Shown here one piece after another: positions 55,587 to 64,000 of a DNA stretch of 64,000 nucleotides. Position numbers and translations under genes: made by a program. Origin of the DNA: Magnetococcales bacterium (GTDB taxonomy: Bacteria > Pseudomonadota > Magnetococcia > Magnetococcales > JADGCH01); contig JADGCH010000008.1 of NCBI GenBank assembly GCA_015229115.1, forward strand, positions 11,405 through 75,404, read 5' to 3'. Within the stretch, counting starts at the first letter, position 1. Every line of letters begins with the position of its first letter. The notes under the pieces are model-generated. The model was not told where the DNA came from. It searched no databases and saw nothing but the letters and a program-made list of their open reading frames with translations.

Positions 55587-57569
55587 ATGCAACCCAAAAT
55601 TCTTATCGTCGACGACCTTGAACAAAATCTGCTGGCAACGGCTCAATTGCTGGATGACTTCGACGCCGAGATCCTGTTGGTGCGTACTGGTCAGGAGGCG
55701 CTGCTGCATCTCATGAAACATGAGTTTGCCGTGGTCTTAATCGATGTCTACATGCCCGATATGGATGGCTTTGAAATTCTCAGGCTGATGTCCAGCGTGC
55801 GTAAAACACGCAATACGCCCATCATTTTTCTCTCTGCCATCTGCCGTGATGAACAGCATCTGTTCGAAGGGTACGATCTGGGTGCCGTTGACTATCTCAT
55901 CAAACCGCTGCAACCTTCTATCCTGCGTAGCAAGGTGCGCGTATTTCTCGATCTCTATCTTCATAAGGAGTTGATCCGCGAGAAAGAGGCGCAGTTGCGT
56001 TTGTTCCACACGCTGATGGAACAGTCAGAAGATGAGATCCTCATCTTCGATAGCCAATCCGGCGAGCTGGTGGACAGCAACCGCATGGCCCGTCAGCGCA
56101 TGGAACAGGCTCAGACCAGTGAAAGCCAGCACCACAACCCGCTGCACATGACCAACTGCCATATTCTCTGCCCCCATGAGCAGAGTTGGTCTGGCCTGCT
56201 CAACGATATCGAGCAGCAAGGGTATCTCCTGGTTGAAAACCGCTATCCTAACAGCGAAGGGCACTACCGCTACACCGAGGCCAAGCTGCAGATCGCTATC
56301 GTCGATCAGCGCAAATTTCTGCTGATCATGGTGCGCGACATCACCCGACGCAAGGAACTGGAATTTCATTTACAACAACAGGAAGAATCAGCCCGTCGTG
56401 CCAATCTGGCCAAAAGCCTGTTTCTGGCCAACATGAGCCACGAAATTCGCACACCGATGAATGCCATCATTGGCCTGTCCGATCTACTGGCAGAGACCAC
56501 CCTGGATGAAACCCAGCGCCGCTATCTACATGTATTGCACCGCGCTGGCGAAGGACTGCTCACCCTGATCAATGATATTCTCGATCTGTCCAAGATCGAG
56601 GCTGGCCATCTGGCACTGGAACAAATCCCCTTCGATCTATCCCTGCTGGTGGAACAGAGTCTGGAGATTTTTCATCATCTGGCCATGAAAAAAGGCTTGG
56701 TGTTACGAACAGAATGGCTGATCGAGCAATCATCGGTGCAGCGGTTGGGTGATCCAGCCCGGCTACGTCAGATCCTGCTTAACCTGCTGGGTAACGCCAT
56801 CAAATTCAGTTCGTCCGGAACCATTACGCTGCGGATTCAGCCCGCCATGCACCATCCGAACGATGGATGGCTTCGTTTCGAGGTCGAGGATCATGGTATT
56901 GGCATTGCTCCACAACGACAGGCCGCCATTTTTCAGCCTTTTGTCCAGGAAAACAGCGGCACCACCCACTCTTATGGCGGTACCGGTCTGGGGCTGACCA
57001 TCTGTCACCGCATCATCACCCAGATGGGTGGTTCGATTGGTCTTGACAGTCAACCCGATCAGGGCAGTACTTTCTTTTTTGAAATTCCTCTGACAGCCGT
57101 GGTATCCCATCCGACACCGGTGCCACAGGCTGATGCGGCAGCGCCTGTTTCAACAATCACTACAGCAGCACCGTCGCTGCATATCCTGCTGGTTGACGAC
57201 AACGAAGACAACCTTTTTCTGTTGCAGGCTTACCTACAACAAGATCGCTACCAACTAACACTGGCCACCAGTGGTCAGGAAGCGATCGAACATTTTCGCA
57301 CCAACCCTTTTGACATCGTGCTCATGGATGTGCAAATGCCCGGCATGGATGGACTAACCGCCACCCGTATGATGCGCGATATGGAACGGCAACAGCAGCG
57401 ATCGGTATCCGTCCCGATTGTCGCCCTCACCGCCTATGCTCTGAAAGAGGATGAACGGCGCAGTATCGACGCAGGCTGCAACGGCCATCTGATCAAACCG
57501 ATCCGCAAATCGGTCTTGCTGGAAGCGGTGGAATCGTTTACTGCAACAGCAGTTCGGCCGCTGCACTGA
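55587..57569 (+). CDS. Hybrid histidine kinase (REC-PAS-HisKA-HATPase-REC)
   Basis: N-terminal REC ([10 protein letters not shown] ... [13 protein letters not shown]), H-box [33 protein letters not shown], and C-terminal REC ([13 protein letters not shown]). The ATG lies 2 nt after the upstream stop. Confidence 0.9.
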   Translation: MQPKILIVDDLEQNLLATAQLLDDFDAEILLVRTGQEALLHLMKHEFAVVLIDVYMPDMDGFEILRLMSSVRKTRNTPIIFLSAICRDEQHLFEGYDLGAVDYLIKPLQPSILRSKVRVFLDLYLHKELIREKEAQLRLFHTLMEQSEDEILIFDSQSGELVDSNRMARQRMEQAQTSESQHHNPLHMTNCHILCPHEQSWSGLLNDIEQQGYLLVENRYPNSEGHYRYTEAKLQIAIVDQRKFLLIMVRDITRRKELEFHLQQQEESARRANLAKSLFLANMSHEIRTPMNAIIGLSDLLAETTLDETQRRYLHVLHRAGEGLLTLINDILDLSKIEAGHLALEQIPFDLSLLVEQSLEIFHHLAMKKGLVLRTEWLIEQSSVQRLGDPARLRQILLNLLGNAIKFSSSGTITLRIQPAMHHPNDGWLRFEVEDHGIGIAPQRQAAIFQPFVQENSGTTHSYGGTGLGLTICHRIITQMGGSIGLDSQPDQGSTFFFEIPLTAVVSHPTPVPQADAAAPVSTITTAAPSLHILLVDDNEDNLFLLQAYLQQDRYQLTLATSGQEAIEHFRTNPFDIVLMDVQMPGMDGLTATRMMRDMERQQQRSVSVPIVALTAYALKEDERRSIDAGCNGHLIKPIRKSVLLEAVESFTATAVRPLH

Positions 57570-58158
57570 TACGGCGAAACTGCTCAACATCGCCACCACA
57601 GTCGGGATGGTGTTGTCGCGCCAGCCGGTAGTAGCGCCGCCTGATCGCTTCCCGATCAACCGGGGCTGTCAGTCCAAGGCTCTGTAAGGCCTGCTGCTGC
57701 TGATCCTGCAATCGGTAACGGCGCCAGAAATCATCCAGCATGGTCGTCACTTCATCAACGCCGGTCTGGTACAACTGGTCAAGATCGAGATAATAACTGC
57801 GCAATGGATCGTGCAGAACCGGTGCGTTATCGGTTACTCCGGCCGGTAACAGGGCGATGCGCAGACAATGGATGGTCAGATCGCCCTGCCCCCTGTCCAA
57901 CAATCGGTCCCTTAACCGATAGAGCAGATGAAACAACAAAAAATGAAGGCGGAATAACGTCAATGGGTCCTGTAGCGGATAATCCTGCTCGTTATACCAA
58001 GGCACAATCCGTTCTGCTCGCAACAGGCGGTACAGCTCATACTCACGCAGACCATCTGGATGGTTTTTGAGTATACCGTGAATGTGATCCAGCAAGTAGT
58101 CCAAGTCAAAAAACCTTGCCATAAGGGATGGAGATGTTCTATCATCGGATGATATCAT
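57538..58158 (-). CDS. DNA-J-related protein with C-terminal J-like domain
   Basis: LREYELYRLL ... LFRLHFLLFHLLYRLRD (DNAJ-related pattern), with a C-terminal J-domain-like I.RRYYRLARQHHPDCGGD.EQFRRI..A.ELL. Confidence 0.65.
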   Translation of the reverse strand: MISSDDRTSPSLMARFFDLDYLLDHIHGILKNHPDGLREYELYRLLRAERIVPWYNEQDYPLQDPLTLFRLHFLLFHLLYRLRDRLLDRGQGDLTIHCLRIALLPAGVTDNAPVLHDPLRSYYLDLDQLYQTGVDEVTTMLDDFWRRYRLQDQQQQALQSLGLTAPVDREAIRRRYYRLARQHHPDCGGDVEQFRRISAAAELLLQ

Positions 58159-58193
58159 GATAGATATTTTATAAATAGGCAGTCATAAAGAAC

Positions 58194-59354
58194 ATGTCCA
58201 AACGTCACTCCATTCTGCTTGTCGACGATGAAAGCATCAACCTTGCTATTCTGGAAGAGCTGCTGTCCTGCCATTATAACATCCTGACAGCCAAAAGCGG
58301 TGAGCAGGCCATCCGCCGAGCCAACGCATCGCGTCCACCTGATCTGATCCTGCTCGACATCATGATGCCGGGGATGGATGGCTATGAGGTCTTGCGCCGT
58401 CTAAAGGCTGACCATGCTACCAAAGAGATCCCTGTTATCTTTATTACGGCTATGGATAACGCCGCCAATGAAGCCAATGGGTTGGCTCTGGGAGCGGTCG
58501 ATTATATCACCAAGCCTTTTTCTCCGGCTGTGGCACAGGCCCGGGTAAAAACCCAGCTTCAACTCAAGGAGAGTCTTGAAAGCGAACGGGTACTGAACCG
58601 TCGGCTGTCCCAGCTCAACGATGAACTGGCCGAAAAGAACTCCCAACTCATCGAAACCCTGAAGGTTCGTGAAGATCTGGACAGAATTTCCAGACATGAT
58701 CTCAAAGGACCTCTGGCCAGCATCATCGGTGTACCAGAAATCATTCTGGAAGACAGCAATCTCACGGATGAACAACGTGCGCTGTTGAAAATTATTGAAA
58801 ACAGCGGCTATTTAATGCTGGAAATGATTAACAATTCGCTCGACCTTTACAAGATGGAGACGGGCAGCTATCAATTTCATGCCGAGCCACTTGATTTGCT
58901 CCCCATTGTTGAAAAGGTCGTCAGCGATCTTGGCAAACCGTCCAGCTTAAAAAATATCAGGATTGACATCGTAGCAGACCATGCCCCCCCGATCGACGGT
59001 GCATTCCAGATCATGGGTGAGAAAATGCTTTGTTACCCACTGTTCTACAATCTGATCCTGAATGCCATCGAGGCCTGCTGCCATGGTGGAGACATTACCC
59101 TTCACCTTTCCCGTACAGCGCAATTTGTTGTCATTCGCATCACCAACCCAGGAGAGGTCCCTCACACCATAAGAGACCGGTTTTTTGAGAAATATGTTAC
59201 CTCTGGCAAGAAGGAAGGTAGTGGTCTGGGAACCTATTCGGCATGGCTGGCAGCAAAAACCCAGGGAGGCTGGATTGATCTGGATACCGGGATCAGTCAC
59301 CAGACCTCTGTCATCGTCAACCTGCCCTATCGAAACAACATCCACCACAACTGA
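58194..59354 (+). CDS. Response-regulator/histidine-kinase fusion (REC-coiled coil-HisKA-HATPase)
   Basis: REC domain (ILLVDDESINL ... LILLDIMMPGMDG ... PVIFITA ... DYITKP), H-box ISRHDLKGPLASIIG, N-box YNLILNAIEA, G-box GSGLGTYSA. Confidence 0.8.
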   Translation: MSKRHSILLVDDESINLAILEELLSCHYNILTAKSGEQAIRRANASRPPDLILLDIMMPGMDGYEVLRRLKADHATKEIPVIFITAMDNAANEANGLALGAVDYITKPFSPAVAQARVKTQLQLKESLESERVLNRRLSQLNDELAEKNSQLIETLKVREDLDRISRHDLKGPLASIIGVPEIILEDSNLTDEQRALLKIIENSGYLMLEMINNSLDLYKMETGSYQFHAEPLDLLPIVEKVVSDLGKPSSLKNIRIDIVADHAPPIDGAFQIMGEKMLCYPLFYNLILNAIEACCHGGDITLHLSRTAQFVVIRITNPGEVPHTIRDRFFEKYVTSGKKEGSGLGTYSAWLAAKTQGGWIDLDTGISHQTSVIVNLPYRNNIHHN

Positions 59355-60154
59355 ACCATCAAGACCCCAACCAATGACAGCAGGATCATGATCCGAACAC
59401 GCCGCCAAAACAGCTGGCCAAAACGGTTCCAGCCGGAAGCCGTTGTGACAGCAGGACTGGGATTCCTGTCCAGACGACCGGTCTGTTGCTGTTCTGGCAG
59501 AATATTGGCAGCAAACATGGGGAGAGAGTCGTTACTGAAAGCCCCACGTCGCTGCTGTTCTGTTGGCGTGTTGTGCGCTGTTGCCTTACCAGACTCATCC
59601 GTCTGCTGGTTCAACAGAGCGGCACAGCGCCGTTCTGCCTCCTCGTGTCCCAGATCGGCGGCCTGACGCCAAGCAGCGATGGCCTCCTTGCCCTGCTGGA
59701 ACCGCATCAACACATTGCCCAAGTTGAACCAGGCACCCACATGGTGAGGAGCTCGTTCCAGCGTGAGGCGATAGAGTGCCTCAGCCTCGGCATGGCGACC
59801 TGTTTCATGCAGGATCCATCCGAGCGTAAAACAGGCCTCGGAACTGTCAGGATTGATACGCAGCGCCGCACGAATGGCTGCTTCAGCCTGCATGGGATCA
59901 TCCCTGGTCATCCACTCCACAGCTTCGCTCTGCCAGATCAGTGCCTGTCCCATCTCCTCCGCCGTCACCCGGCGTGCAGCGGCTAGGTCTCCTGCTGCAG
60001 AGTAACCGTCGCTCTGACCATACAGACCACCCACGGCACGTAGCTCGGCCTGCTCCCGGATAGCCGCGATCTGGCGTTCGATATCATCCAGCCGCTCCCC
60101 AAGGTAGCACTGCAAAGCCTGAAGCTGTCCTGCTTCCTGTCCTGCTTCACTCAT
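59327..60154 (-). CDS. TPR-repeat protein with C-terminal TM anchor
   Basis: TPR-like helices (AEAAIRAALRINPDSSEACFTLGWILHETGRHAEAEALYRLTLERAPHHVGAWFNLGNVL...GKEAIAAWRQAADLG) and a C-terminal hydrophobic segment IMILLSLVGVLMVQLWWMLF. Confidence 0.7.
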   Translation of the reverse strand: MSEAGQEAGQLQALQCYLGERLDDIERQIAAIREQAELRAVGGLYGQSDGYSAAGDLAAARRVTAEEMGQALIWQSEAVEWMTRDDPMQAEAAIRAALRINPDSSEACFTLGWILHETGRHAEAEALYRLTLERAPHHVGAWFNLGNVLMRFQQGKEAIAAWRQAADLGHEEAERRCAALLNQQTDESGKATAHNTPTEQQRRGAFSNDSLPMFAANILPEQQQTGRLDRNPSPAVTTASGWNRFGQLFWRRVRIMILLSLVGVLMVQLWWMLFR

Positions 60155-60166
60155 GGCCCACCAACA

Positions 60167-63100
60167 TCACGGTGCACCAGTGGCATCGCGGTAAGATTGC
60201 AGCCACTGACGGGCAATGGTTATGGCCTTGTCCGTCTGCTCCTGGTTGAGCTTACGGCTGATCATGCGCAGATTGTTGGTAGCATCGGCATCGTTCTGCA
60301 CCGCTGCCAATGAGTACCAAAAATAAGCCCGTACCGGATCCTTGGCTACCCCTCGACCTTCTTCATACATCCAGCCCAGATTACGCTGCGCCCTGACATC
60401 GTTCTGTTCGGCAGCCTTGAGATACCACTGAGCCGCCTGAACCATATTGGCTGGCACGCCTTTACCTTCTTCATAAATCCAGCCCAGATTGGATTGGGCT
60501 CCAGCGTGTTGCTGTTGAGCTGCCTTACTGTACCATTGCAGGGCCTGATGGTAATCCTGTGTCACACCCTCCCCTTTTTCGTACAACAGACCCAGGTTGT
60601 TCTGGGCATCGGCCAGTCCCTGGGCTGCAGCACTGCTGAACCAGCGAAAAGCCTCCTGGGCGCTCTTGGCAACACCCAAGCCCGACTTTTTTAACAGACC
60701 GTAACGATTCTGGGACTCAGCATGGCCCTGCTCAGCGGCTAGCAGGAACCAGCGCCCAGCTACCGTATAATCGCGGTAAACTCCGGTACCGGTGAAATTC
60801 TTCTCCCCCATGACCCACTGGGCCTCGACGTGACCAGCCTCAGCAGCCTTGGTGTACCAGTGAATGGCCTGACCCATGTTGACCGGCTGCCCTCCTTCAC
60901 CACGATCATAAATGGTTGCCAACCGCACCATGGCAGGAATAGCACCCTGCTGTGCCGCTTTGGCATACCAGGCCAGCGAGGCCGACACATCCTGCAACCC
61001 TAATGTACCACGGAATAACACATCAGCCAGATGGATCTGCGCTTCCATGCTGTTCTGTTCTGCTACCAGACGATAGAAATGAAGCGCCTGACCAGGATCA
61101 GCCTGGGTTCCCTGGCCCGATTCAAACAGCTGGGCCACCCGCCATTGGGCTGGCACAATGCCATGTTCCGCTGCCTTGATGTACCAGGCAAAAGCCTCTT
61201 TCACATCCTTTTTGAATCCGTGGCTACCCTGATCGAACAATTGCGCCAGACGATGCTGGGCACGCGGCTCTCCAGCAGCTGCCGCACTGCGGTAAAGGGG
61301 AAGAGCAGTCTCGATATTTTGCGTCACGCCGTGACCACTCTCCAACGCCTCCGCCAGTTCAAACTGTGCCTTCGGATGGTTGGCTACTACAGCTTTCTGA
61401 AACCAGACCAAGGCCTCATCCCAATTTTTGGCCGTCCCTTCACCGGTTTTATGGGCCAAGCCAAGACGGTAATAAGCCTCGGCCGACCCTTTCTCGGCCG
61501 CCCGACGGATCCAGTCCAAGGCATGGGTACGGTTGGCAGGCAGATCCTCCCCCACCTCGTAGCGATGGGCCAGCTGCAACATCGCTTCCGCATCGCCCTG
61601 GTTGGCCTTTTCCTGAGTCTGTTTTAGCTGGTTGGCACGGATCTCTTCAGGCGTCAGCACCCGATCGCTACGGCTCATCACCAGCCAGAAGGTATAACCA
61701 ATGCCCAACGTCAACAACAACGACACGACCCCAATGGCCACGCGTGCCTGAGGACTGATGGTCGTGCCAGAAAGCGCCTTCAGACCAGCTGAAACGAACT
61801 CGTCCTGCTCCCCCTTTTCGGTTTCAACAGCCCTCAACCACTCGGCAATGGAACGGGGCCGATCTTTTTCATCAATCCGTAAAGCCAGATCAATGGCCTT
61901 GAGTAACGATTCCGAGTAGCGCCCCTGTCCCACTTCCACAGCCGGAACCAGCGGATCAGGCTGATTACGCATCACGGCACTGCTGCGCTGCGGTGATCCC
62001 ACCGGCTTTCTGCCGCTGATGCTGCGATACATGACGGCACCGATGGCATAAATGTCGGTCCATGGTCCCTGACGGGCAGCATCTTCGAAGTACTGTTCCA
62101 TGGGTGCGTAGTTGGGCGTCAGAACCGCCGTCATATGGCCGCTATCCTGTCCCTCCATTTTCTGGCGCGCCGAGCCAAAATCGAGCAATACCGGTGATCC
62201 ATCTTTATGACGTATGAAGATATTGTCTGGTTTGATATCCCGATGGACAAAACCCTCCGCATGCAGTACTGAAATACCCTGCAACAGGGGTAAAATAATG
62301 GCCAGCAGTTCACGCTCGTCCAGCACCTTTTTTTCGCGTAACAGAGCCGCCATGGAGGTACCGTCCTCGTACTCCATGACCATGTAGGCGCTGTTAAACT
62401 GCTCGAAAAAGGTTGCCACACGCACCAGACTGGCATGCTTGAACTTGGCCAGCGTACGCGCTTCCTGCAAAAAGCGTTGGCGTCCCTTGATAAAGGCCGC
62501 TTCATGATCCCTGGAACGGGCGTTGATATGGCCGTCGCTGCCACGTAGGGCCACCTGTGAGGGCAGGTATTCCTTGATGGCCACGTTGGTATCGAGACGG
62601 GTATCCCACGCCCTGTAGGTGACGCCAAAACCACCCTGACCCAGAACCTTGTCGATGCGGTACCACATCAGCATCTGACCGACACGCAGCACATCGGCAC
62701 TATCGACACTGCTATCACTGGCCTTAGACGGCACATCCTCAGCCTCCGGTTGACCGGAAGCAGTCGGAGACGCCGTCGCTGCCATCGTCGGTGCTATCAT
62801 CGTAGCACCATCCTCATCACTGCTACTGTCGTCCGCTTGAGACTTCGACGTCAACGGCGCTGCCATGACGGTGGCCGCATCCTCGTCCCCGTTATCTTCA
62901 TAGGACGATAGTGCCTGTGGTGATGACAAAAACGGCGTTGCCATGACAGTGGCGGCATCGTCTTCATCACTCTCTCCATGCTCCTCAGGCAGAGAGGAGG
63001 CAGGCGTCCTACTGGCTGGCAAGAAGCCATCGTCCTCGTCCGAATGAAAGACCGTCTGCGGTACTGGAGACACCGGCGATAAAAAGCCCTCATCGTCGTC

Positions 63101-63487
63101 CGGAACAGGAATAACGGTATCAACGGGCATTATCGGCGGTACAAAACCATCGTCCTCATCCGATCGAAAGACTGTCTCCTCGACGACAGGAGGAATAGGT
63201 GCCACTGGTGATAAAAAACCATCCTCATCATCCGACTGAAAAACCAGTTTCGGCTCATCCCGTTCAACGTCCTGGTGGTCTGTGGTGGTGGCATCTGAAG
63301 GAGGCTTAACAGGGGCTGGTTCCAAAGTCAGACGCGGTGCCATCGCCTCCTCCTGATCCTCAAAATGAAGGATCAGACCACGCTCCTGGCGTTTTTCGCC
63401 CTGGGCCGAGGATCCAGCCAGAGGCTCCCCTTCATCGGCCAACTGCAAGGCTGGAAACAAAGCCCCCTCATCGTTTTGATTGCCCAT
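60167..63487 (-). CDS. Membrane Ser/Thr protein kinase: acidic repeat head - Hanks kinase - TM - about 13 Sel1 repeats
   Basis: Kinase motifs LGQGGFGVTY, VAIKEY, HRDIKPDNIF, DFGSAR and TPNYAPMEQ. TM segment VAIGVVSLLLTLGIGYTFWLVM. The Sel1 pattern (G..EAQ..LG..Y..G.GV..D...A..WY.KAA) repeats about 13 times to the C-terminus. Confidence 0.9.
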   Translation of the reverse strand: MGNQNDEGALFPALQLADEGEPLAGSSAQGEKRQERGLILHFEDQEEAMAPRLTLEPAPVKPPSDATTTDHQDVERDEPKLVFQSDDEDGFLSPVAPIPPVVEETVFRSDEDDGFVPPIMPVDTVIPVPDDDEGFLSPVSPVPQTVFHSDEDDGFLPASRTPASSLPEEHGESDEDDAATVMATPFLSSPQALSSYEDNGDEDAATVMAAPLTSKSQADDSSSDEDGATMIAPTMAATASPTASGQPEAEDVPSKASDSSVDSADVLRVGQMLMWYRIDKVLGQGGFGVTYRAWDTRLDTNVAIKEYLPSQVALRGSDGHINARSRDHEAAFIKGRQRFLQEARTLAKFKHASLVRVATFFEQFNSAYMVMEYEDGTSMAALLREKKVLDERELLAIILPLLQGISVLHAEGFVHRDIKPDNIFIRHKDGSPVLLDFGSARQKMEGQDSGHMTAVLTPNYAPMEQYFEDAARQGPWTDIYAIGAVMYRSISGRKPVGSPQRSSAVMRNQPDPLVPAVEVGQGRYSESLLKAIDLALRIDEKDRPRSIAEWLRAVETEKGEQDEFVSAGLKALSGTTISPQARVAIGVVSLLLTLGIGYTFWLVMSRSDRVLTPEEIRANQLKQTQEKANQGDAEAMLQLAHRYEVGEDLPANRTHALDWIRRAAEKGSAEAYYRLGLAHKTGEGTAKNWDEALVWFQKAVVANHPKAQFELAEALESGHGVTQNIETALPLYRSAAAAGEPRAQHRLAQLFDQGSHGFKKDVKEAFAWYIKAAEHGIVPAQWRVAQLFESGQGTQADPGQALHFYRLVAEQNSMEAQIHLADVLFRGTLGLQDVSASLAWYAKAAQQGAIPAMVRLATIYDRGEGGQPVNMGQAIHWYTKAAEAGHVEAQWVMGEKNFTGTGVYRDYTVAGRWFLLAAEQGHAESQNRYGLLKKSGLGVAKSAQEAFRWFSSAAAQGLADAQNNLGLLYEKGEGVTQDYHQALQWYSKAAQQQHAGAQSNLGWIYEEGKGVPANMVQAAQWYLKAAEQNDVRAQRNLGWMYEEGRGVAKDPVRAYFWYSLAAVQNDADATNNLRMISRKLNQEQTDKAITIARQWLQSYRDATGAP
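62792..63247 (-). repeat. Acidic peptide repeats in the kinase N-terminal region
   Basis: Four copies of [VF]F.SD[DE][ED]DGF[LV][SP]P (VFQSDDEDGFLSP, VFRSDEDDGFVPP, PVPDDDEGFLSP, VFHSDEDDGFLPA), then three copies of [SG]DED..ATVMA.P (SDEDDAATVMATP, GDEDAATVMAAP, SDEDGATMIAP). Confidence 0.85.
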
Positions 63488-63514
63488 CCTCTTCTATCTC
63501 CCCGAAAAAAGACC

Positions 63515-64000
63515 CTATCGTCTGGTACCGTAACGTCGACTGCTGCGATAACTTCGTGAATGTGACCTTGCTGGCTCTGCCTGCGATGGCGTGGTTTTGC
63601 TCTGCTTCCTGGCTTGCCAGCATTCGTGACAACGTTCGTGAAACAGATCAGGCGGTAACGGCCGACCACACTGCTGACACAGGCGCACAGAAAACTGGCT
63701 ACGCGCCAGAATACGGTTGATCTCCTGATTGATTTCATCGCGATGCTGTTCGGCACCAGCCAAGTCAGGAAAGGAGTACTCAAAACGGTAGTGCAACCAG
63801 CAGTAGAGGTTGACCACCTTGACCGCTGTCTCCAGCACATTGAGCCGATTGACCCCCTGACCAACATATTTCTGAATCAGGGTCAGTGCCTGCTGTGGCA
63901 ACATCACCTGACCACTGGCTACTGTCACCACCATCTGTTCAAAAACAGACATGACCGGCAGAGAGCGAATGGCTACCGGCGCAGCCGACAGCGTAAACCG
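63515..64000 (-). CDS. C-terminal fragment of a larger protein, probably a Suv3-like RNA helicase (5' end outside the window)
   Basis: The frame is open to the window edge (RFTLSAAPVAIRSLPV precedes the M at 63952). LNVLETAVKVVNLYCWLHYRFEYSFPDLAGAEQHRDEINQEINRIL fits the SUV3 C-terminal pattern (LE..hk.l.lY.WL..RF...F.d...a......i...I...L). It is followed by C..C...H..C.EC and a basic tail. Confidence 0.5.
   Translation of the reverse strand, partial: RFTLSAAPVAIRSLPVMSVFEQMVVTVASGQVMLPQQALTLIQKYVGQGVNRLNVLETAVKVVNLYCWLHYRFEYSFPDLAGAEQHRDEINQEINRILARSQFSVRLCQQCGRPLPPDLFHERCHECWQARKQSKTTPSQAEPARSHSRSYRSSRRYGTRR

Noticed and set aside
58159-58193. Only 35 bp separate the divergent starts of the DnaJ-related gene and the REC-kinase gene, which could suggest a shared compact bidirectional promoter.
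   Set aside because: Neither start has a clear RBS. The DnaJ-related gene could start at the in-frame ATG 58122, which would widen the spacer. I cannot support a specific regulatory element from sequence alone.

Overview
This is a 64-kb chromosomal window from a Gram-negative, moderately GC-rich bacterium. Gene content looks proteobacterial (Rnf/Rsx complex, AsmA-like, CreA, RTX-type proteins), but I cannot assign a taxon from sequence alone. All calls come from reading translations and motifs by eye; no database search was run. Layout: (1) 1-3125 holds a FeoA fragment, a DUF486/DMT protein, CreA, a small ORF behind a near-perfect sigma-54 promoter, the CrcB fluoride channel, and an Rpn/YhgA-type nuclease with a perfect 4 x 12-bp in-frame repeat. 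(2) 3151-23477 (+) holds two adjacent giant ORFs (4731 aa and 2035 aa, 23-nt gap), almost a third of the window. They are built from roughly 85-90 copies of a 25-26-residue repeat (75-78 bp) that I cannot name, three seven-bladed FG-GAP propellers, about 20 adhesin-type Ig-like domains, five PPC domains, a LamG-like head and RTX-type C-terminal modules. No type I secretion genes are present in the window. (3) 23500-32535 (-) holds an overlapping-gene signalling operon (periplasmic binding protein, hybrid kinase, REC-HATPase_c_2, REC-HD-GYP) and a NarL-type two-component pair. (4) 32656-45030 (-) holds comM, an asmA-like gene, gatBAC and rnfEGDCBA, packed with gaps of 19 nt or less. (5) 45248-49399 (+) is an orphan 1383-aa polytopic membrane protein with an internal duplication and no family I recognise. 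(6) 49500-59354 holds a cation/proton antiporter, an MCP translationally coupled to two hybrid kinases, a DnaJ-related protein and a REC-kinase. (7) 59327-64000 (-) holds a TPR tail-anchored protein, a Ser/Thr kinase with about 13 Sel1 repeats and an acidic repeat head, and the C-terminus of a Suv3-like helicase. I found no rRNA, tRNA, CRISPR array or clear mobile element. The best candidates for something undescribed are the giant-protein pair with its unnamed repeat family, and the orphan duplicated membrane protein.
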